Assembly (NCBI GenBank): GCA_025454315.1
Contig: JALOOP010000010.1
Coordinates: 1,465-65,464, forward strand
Origin: Oculatellaceae cyanobacterium Prado106
Lineage (GTDB): Bacteria; Cyanobacteriota; Cyanobacteriia; Elainellales; Elainellaceae
Direction of reading: 5' to 3'
DNA length: 64,000 bases
Shown here: in pieces, positions 59,603 to 64,000 of the stretch
How positions within the stretch are numbered: position 1 is the first letter of the stretch
How the letters are laid out: each line of letters starts with the position of its first letter
Notes under the pieces: generated by a model
Seen by the model: only the letters and a program-made list of their open reading frames with translations
Database searches by the model: none
What the model was told of the DNA's origin: nothing
Translations under genes and position numbers: made by a program

Positions 59603-62600
59603 CTAAGCGTTGCTGCTACTAGCTACCAGCACCTCTCCTTTGAGCATTCGTTGTGCCGCATCCAGCAGCGCTTCTTCCAGGTAAGGCTTGGTGAAGTAGC
59701 CCTTGGCTCCAAGCTGAATGGCCATTTGACGGTGGCGATCGGCTCCTCTGGAGGTCAACATGGCGATCGGCAGATGGTTCAAGGCGGAGTCTTTCTGAAT
59801 GCGAGACAGCAACTCTAACCCGTCCATCCGAGGCATTTCAATGTCACAGAAGACCAGATCGCAGGGCAGTCCCGATCGCAGTTTTTCCCAAGCTTCTTGG
59901 CCATCTCGCGCCTGTTCCACCCGGTAGCCGACTTTGTTGAAGGTCATCGACAGCAGTTCTCGAACCGTAATCGAGTCGTCCACAATCAGCACCGTCGGTT
60001 CGGTCTTGGCATCGGGCGGTTCGGGCGGCAGTTGGTCTTCCACCCAGAGCGAATTGCCGACCTCTCTGCGAACCCGACCTTCCGACAGGTCAATTAGCTC
60101 TAGCACATCGGCGATCGGCATAATGCGCCCATCCCCCAGCACCGTAGCCCCCGCAATGCCCACAGGCTTGGGCACCGGGCCTTCCAGTTGTTTAATTACA
60201 ATTTCCTGTTCGCCCAGCACCTGATCTACTTGCAGCGCCAGAACCTTGCCCGCACTTCGCAGCACCACGACGGAGATAATGTCTTCTTCCTGGTTCCCGC
60301 CATAGACGCTGCCCCGTCCCAACATCCGCCCATGTCTCAGCAGTTCAGACAGCGGTTGGAAAGGCAGGAGTGCATCTCGCCACTGAATGCAGGGCTGTCC
60401 TTGGGCATTGGTTTGCACCCGCTCCTTGGGCACATCCAACATATCTTCGACCCCATCCATGGGGAAAGCGATGCGGGCACGGTTGCTGATGCAGCAGAGC
60501 GCCTTGGAAATACTCAGGGTGAGCGGTAGCCGGATGGTAAACGTGGTGCCTTTGGCGATCGCCGAATCAATCGAAATCACCCCCCGAATCTCAGTCAGAT
60601 TACTCCGCACCACATCCAGGCCAACCCCGCGTCCCTTCAGGTCATCAATCTGATCCGCCGTACTAAACCCATGGTGGAACAGCAAATCATAGGTATCCAT
60701 GCGGGACATTTCTTTGGCCTCAGCCGCTGTAATCAAGCCTTTGTCGATCGCCTTAGACTTGACCCGCTCTGGATCAATCCCGGCTCCATCATCACTCACC
60801 GAAATAATCGTCTGGTTCCCTTGATGGAAGGTTCGCATAACGATTTGCCCCAGTGGAGGCTTCCCTGCCGCAATTCTTTCTGCGGGGGTTTCAATGCCAT
60901 GGGCGATCGCATTATTGACCAAATGGGTCATCGGGTCATAAAGCTGCTCCACAATCATCTTGTCAATCAGCGTATCTCGCCCTTCTACCACCAGTTCAGC
61001 CTGCTTGCCATACTTCAGCGCATTGTCGCGCACCCCTCGGGGGAGACGGTCAGCCGTCTGGGCAAAGGGCACCATGCGCGCCTTGGTCAGCCCTTCCTGC
61101 AACTGGGTCGTAATCTGCCGGAAGTTACGGGTCACCTGATCGCTTTCTTCCACCACAAAGTCAATGTCAGAGGCCGATTCCCGGACTCTCACAATCAACT
61201 CAATCATTTCCTGCGACAGCGTGTGGAATCCGGTGAACCGATCCATTTCCAGGGCATCAAAACTAGCTCCTGTCGCGTGATTGCCCTGGCTTTCCTCAGA
61301 CTGACCATTCGCATTACTGTTGCTTGAGCCATTGCTTGAGCTATTGTTGGCGCTATTGCTTGAACCAAAACCGCTGTTGGGGGTGAGGTGATAGCTGCGG
61401 CGGGTGGAGAGCAGGGAGCTTTCAAGGAGCGATCGCTCATACAAATCCCGCATCCGCTGACCCACATCACTCAGTTGCTGCACTTGATACAGCAGATTAT
61501 CCAAGAACTGCCGCAGTCTCTCCTGGGCTTGCTCTAAGCTATTACGGTTGACCACCATTTCCCCAACCAGGTTGTTGAGGTTATCCAGGTGCTTCACAGA
61601 CACCCGCATCGTTTGGTCGGTCATGGCTCCACGTCGGTTCGACCGACGATTGGGAGCCGCAGCCGCTTTCCGATTGCCTGATACGGCTCCACCCCCCAGG
61701 GTTTGATCCGCATCCTTCAGCATGTCCTCCAGGTCGCCAAACTCATCGTTGGCAGGACGAACCGGGGGCGGCGCTGGCGCAGCCGCAGGTATGGGCGGTG
61801 CATCACCCAAAAGCGCTTCCAGGTCATCAAAGTCGCCACCTGTCTCGGCCAGTCCCGAAGACTGGGGCGCAGCAGATACGGGAGCCGGACTCTCCTCACC
61901 CAGCATCGACTCTAAGTCGGCGAAGTCATCCAGCCCTGAGAAGGCGGAGTCAGACGGCATCTCCAGCGCAGCCTCCCCTGATGCTGAAGCCTCTGTCAAC
62001 ATTGCTTCCAGGTCAGAAAAGCCCGAGAACCCGTCCAGTTCCAGGGTTTGCTCCACCACAGGCAACTGGGCTTTAGGGCTAGACTCAGTCAGGGGGGCAG
62101 TAACCTCTTCTAGGGAATGGGAGGGGGCGATCGCAGCATCCAACCCCAACAGATCGCTGTCTCCTTCAGCCATCAGGTCGGAATCTGCAAAATTGAAGTT
62201 ATCGAGGGCGATCGCTGCTTCCGTCCCCGCACCAACTTCCTCAGCCGCATCAAAGCCAAACGGATCGTCCAGTTCCGGCGAACCTTTAGCCTCAATCCAA
62301 TCCTCCAACTGCTCTGAAGCCTCTTCTGAGAGCGGTGTCAATTCTGCCTCAGACATGGCCATCAAATCCAAGGGATTCTCAGACTCAGCATCAAAGCCAA
62401 AGGGATCATCCGATTCAGCAGGAACCTCTTCAGCAGAAACCTCCGCCGCTTCAATCCAGTCTTCTAGCTGTTCCGAAGCATCTTCGGATAGCGGCATCAA
62501 AACAGACTCAGGCGCAGTTTCCAATTCAAACGAACTGCTGTCGCTGCCAATCTCCTCTAATCCGGGTATGCCCAATTCGTCTAAACCGATCGGTTCCGAA

Positions 62601-64000
62601 TCCGCTACTTCACCCAACCCCAAGGGATCTGCTGCTGCACTTAAAGCAGGATCGGTTGCTAATTCAGGAAACTCGCCAACGCCCAAAGTCTCGTTAGTAT
62701 CGAACATCAACCCTTCCGCCTCAGCAGCAGGCAGTTCCATCGCAAAATCATCTGCGAAGCTCTCTTCTGCCCCACTCATAGGCAATGCGGGTTCAGTCTC
62801 TGCGAACAGGTCTAGCTCTAAATCGGTGTCAGAGACTGTTTCTGCCAATGGCTCTGGGGTTGAGGGAGGGGGGGCGATCGCCTCTTCTGCAAACAAATCA
62901 AATCCAGCATCCCCATCGAAGGCTTCAGATGCTGATTCTGTCTGAGTAAATAGATCAAACCCGTCGTCGTTAGAGGCTGACTCAGTAGATCTGGACTCAC
63001 TCTCTGCAAAGAGTTCTAGCCCTGCCTCTTCGGTAGCTGCTGACTCCGTATTCGCAAACAAGTCCAATCCAGTCTCTGCGGCGGATGCAGGCTCGGTGTC
63101 CGCAAACAGATCAAAGCCCGCATCATCTCCTGACTCCAACTCAGAATTAGCAAACAGTTCCGATCCGACCTCTGCGTTCGATGCCGATTCTGCATCGGCA
63201 AACGGATCAAAGCCTGAGTCTTCGTTCGTTTCTGGCTCCGTTTCGGAAAACAGTCCCAATCCAGCCTCTTCGGTTGTTCCTGACTCTGTTTCTGCAAACA
63301 AGTCCAATTCAGTATCGGCAGTTACCTCGGGTTCCGCAAACAGATCCAAGCCAGCGTCTTCGGTTACCTCGGGTTCTGTTTCTGCAAACAAGTCCAATTC
63401 GGCGTTTGTGCTTGTCCCTGGTGTTTCAGCAAACTCCAGGCCGGCCTCTTCATCGGCTGTCGTTGCGGTTTCTGTGAATAAATCGAATTCAGCCTCGCCA
63501 TCCGGCGGCGCTTCGTCCGCAAACAGATCTAAAACAGCGGCATCGCTAGAGGACTCAAGGTTTGGTTCAGCATCTCCAAAAAGTCCAAACCCAGCATCTT
63601 CATCCAAAGATCCGCCCGAGGTCATTTCTGTAAACGGATCTACCCCTACATCTTCAGCCGTCGATCCACTGGCCGAATTTTCCACCGCAGAGGCATCCGC
63701 TCCAAAGAAATCAAGATCCAATCCTTCCGAATCACTTGTGTCTGAGGGGTTTTCTACGCCCTCCAACAGGTCAGCCATTGAAGACTCGATTGGGGTGGCG
63801 ATCGCACCTTCCGTTTCAAACGGATTGAAAAGTTCCTCAGCAGACACCTCATCTGGCGATTCAAGGCCACCGCCTAAGAAATTTGCAAAGTCTGAATCTG
63901 CTTCAGGACTTGCTGAGGCAAAAGGGTCAGCACTGCTATCTACATCTAGAAGAGAAACGCTCCCATCTTCTTCCCCAAAGCCACTTCCTGCACTTGCATC
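59603..64000 (-). CDS. CheA-type hybrid histidine kinase (dimerisation-HATPase-CheW-receiver) with giant acidic repeat region; 5' end outside window
   Basis: The frame stays open beyond the listed GTG at 63847, through to 64000. Contains MRVSVKHLDNLNNLVGEMVV, the HATPase motifs NAIAHGIE and DDGAGID, a CheW-like segment and the receiver VLIVDDS...DIEMPRMDG...KP. Confidence 0.85.
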   Translation of the reverse strand, partial: DASAGSGFGEEDGSVSLLDVDSSADPFASASPEADSDFANFLGGGLESPDEVSAEELFNPFETEGAIATPIESSMADLLEGVENPSDTSDSEGLDLDFFGADASAVENSASGSTAEDVGVDPFTEMTSGGSLDEDAGFGLFGDAEPNLESSSDAAVLDLFADEAPPDGEAEFDLFTETATTADEEAGLEFAETPGTSTNAELDLFAETEPEVTEDAGLDLFAEPEVTADTELDLFAETESGTTEEAGLGLFSETEPETNEDSGFDPFADAESASNAEVGSELFANSELESGDDAGFDLFADTEPASAAETGLDLFANTESAATEEAGLELFAESESRSTESASNDDGFDLFTQTESASEAFDGDAGFDLFAEEAIAPPPSTPEPLAETVSDTDLELDLFAETEPALPMSGAEESFADDFAMELPAAEAEGLMFDTNETLGVGEFPELATDPALSAAADPLGLGEVADSEPIGLDELGIPGLEEIGSDSSSFELETAPESVLMPLSEDASEQLEDWIEAAEVSAEEVPAESDDPFGFDAESENPLDLMAMSEAELTPLSEEASEQLEDWIEAKGSPELDDPFGFDAAEEVGAGTEAAIALDNFNFADSDLMAEGDSDLLGLDAAIAPSHSLEEVTAPLTESSPKAQLPVVEQTLELDGFSGFSDLEAMLTEASASGEAALEMPSDSAFSGLDDFADLESMLGEESPAPVSAAPQSSGLAETGGDFDDLEALLGDAPPIPAAAPAPPPVRPANDEFGDLEDMLKDADQTLGGGAVSGNRKAAAAPNRRSNRRGAMTDQTMRVSVKHLDNLNNLVGEMVVNRNSLEQAQERLRQFLDNLLYQVQQLSDVGQRMRDLYERSLLESSLLSTRRSYHLTPNSGFGSSNSANNSSSNGSSNSNANGQSEESQGNHATGASFDALEMDRFTGFHTLSQEMIELIVRVRESASDIDFVVEESDQVTRNFRQITTQLQEGLTKARMVPFAQTADRLPRGVRDNALKYGKQAELVVEGRDTLIDKMIVEQLYDPMTHLVNNAIAHGIETPAERIAAGKPPLGQIVMRTFHQGNQTIISVSDDGAGIDPERVKSKAIDKGLITAAEAKEMSRMDTYDLLFHHGFSTADQIDDLKGRGVGLDVVRSNLTEIRGVISIDSAIAKGTTFTIRLPLTLSISKALCCISNRARIAFPMDGVEDMLDVPKERVQTNAQGQPCIQWRDALLPFQPLSELLRHGRMLGRGSVYGGNQEEDIISVVVLRSAGKVLALQVDQVLGEQEIVIKQLEGPVPKPVGIAGATVLGDGRIMPIADVLELIDLSEGRVRREVGNSLWVEDQLPPEPPDAKTEPTVLIVDDSITVRELLSMTFNKVGYRVEQARDGQEAWEKLRSGLPCDLVFCDIEMPRMDGLELLSRIQKDSALNHLPIAMLTSRGADRHRQMAIQLGAKGYFTKPYLEEALLDAAQRMLKGEVLVASSSNA

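Noticed and set aside
61722-62945. 407-aa plus-strand ORF, and similar long antisense ORFs at 5375-5887, 14198-14629, 16174-16755, 24308-24841 and 44884-45447
   Set aside because: All lie antisense to or overlapping strongly supported genes. They have low-complexity Ser/Ala/Gly/Pro/Arg-rich translations and no motifs. They are shadow ORFs produced by compositional bias.

Overview
Cyanobacterial chromosomal segment. The HIP1 palindrome GCGATCGC occurs throughout (e.g. 1258-1265), and gene content fits a filamentous, non-heterocystous type; I cannot call the genus by eye. I support about 40 protein-coding genes, mostly on the minus strand and mostly housekeeping or cell-envelope functions. They include an ABC1 kinase, ftsW, ccdA-ccsB, rbsK, chrA, gpmI-secG, an ABC-F ATPase, an argG-like gene, an ABC exporter, an OmpA-like lipoprotein, TPR, pentapeptide and peptidoglycan-binding proteins, a GH24 lysozyme, a PatA-type response regulator, a pentameric ligand-gated ion channel homologue, an SbcD-like nuclease, and the 3' part of a very large CheA-type hybrid kinase that runs off the right edge. 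The most coherent system is a five-gene cellulose-type operon on the minus strand (42249 to 31598): an OprB-like beta-barrel, a TPR protein, GH8 BcsZ, BcsB and BcsA-PilZ. In it the BcsC role appears split between two proteins and the pore looks like a cyanobacterial porin. A Tat-secreted PhoX-type phosphatase is broken by a perfect 31-bp tandem duplication. The spacers are unusually long, AT-rich and full of repeats. One family consists of G-tract/C-tract arms (GGGGAGT, GGGGAAAGG, GGATGGGTG units) whose polarity follows the direction of transcription at all nine loci I examined, including one in-frame copy inside the ABC exporter gene. A second family consists of 47-62 bp tandem units built on TTC..AGG/GAA cores. 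I found no tRNA, rRNA, CRISPR array, transposase or integrase. All functional calls come from motif recognition by eye, and start codons are approximate.
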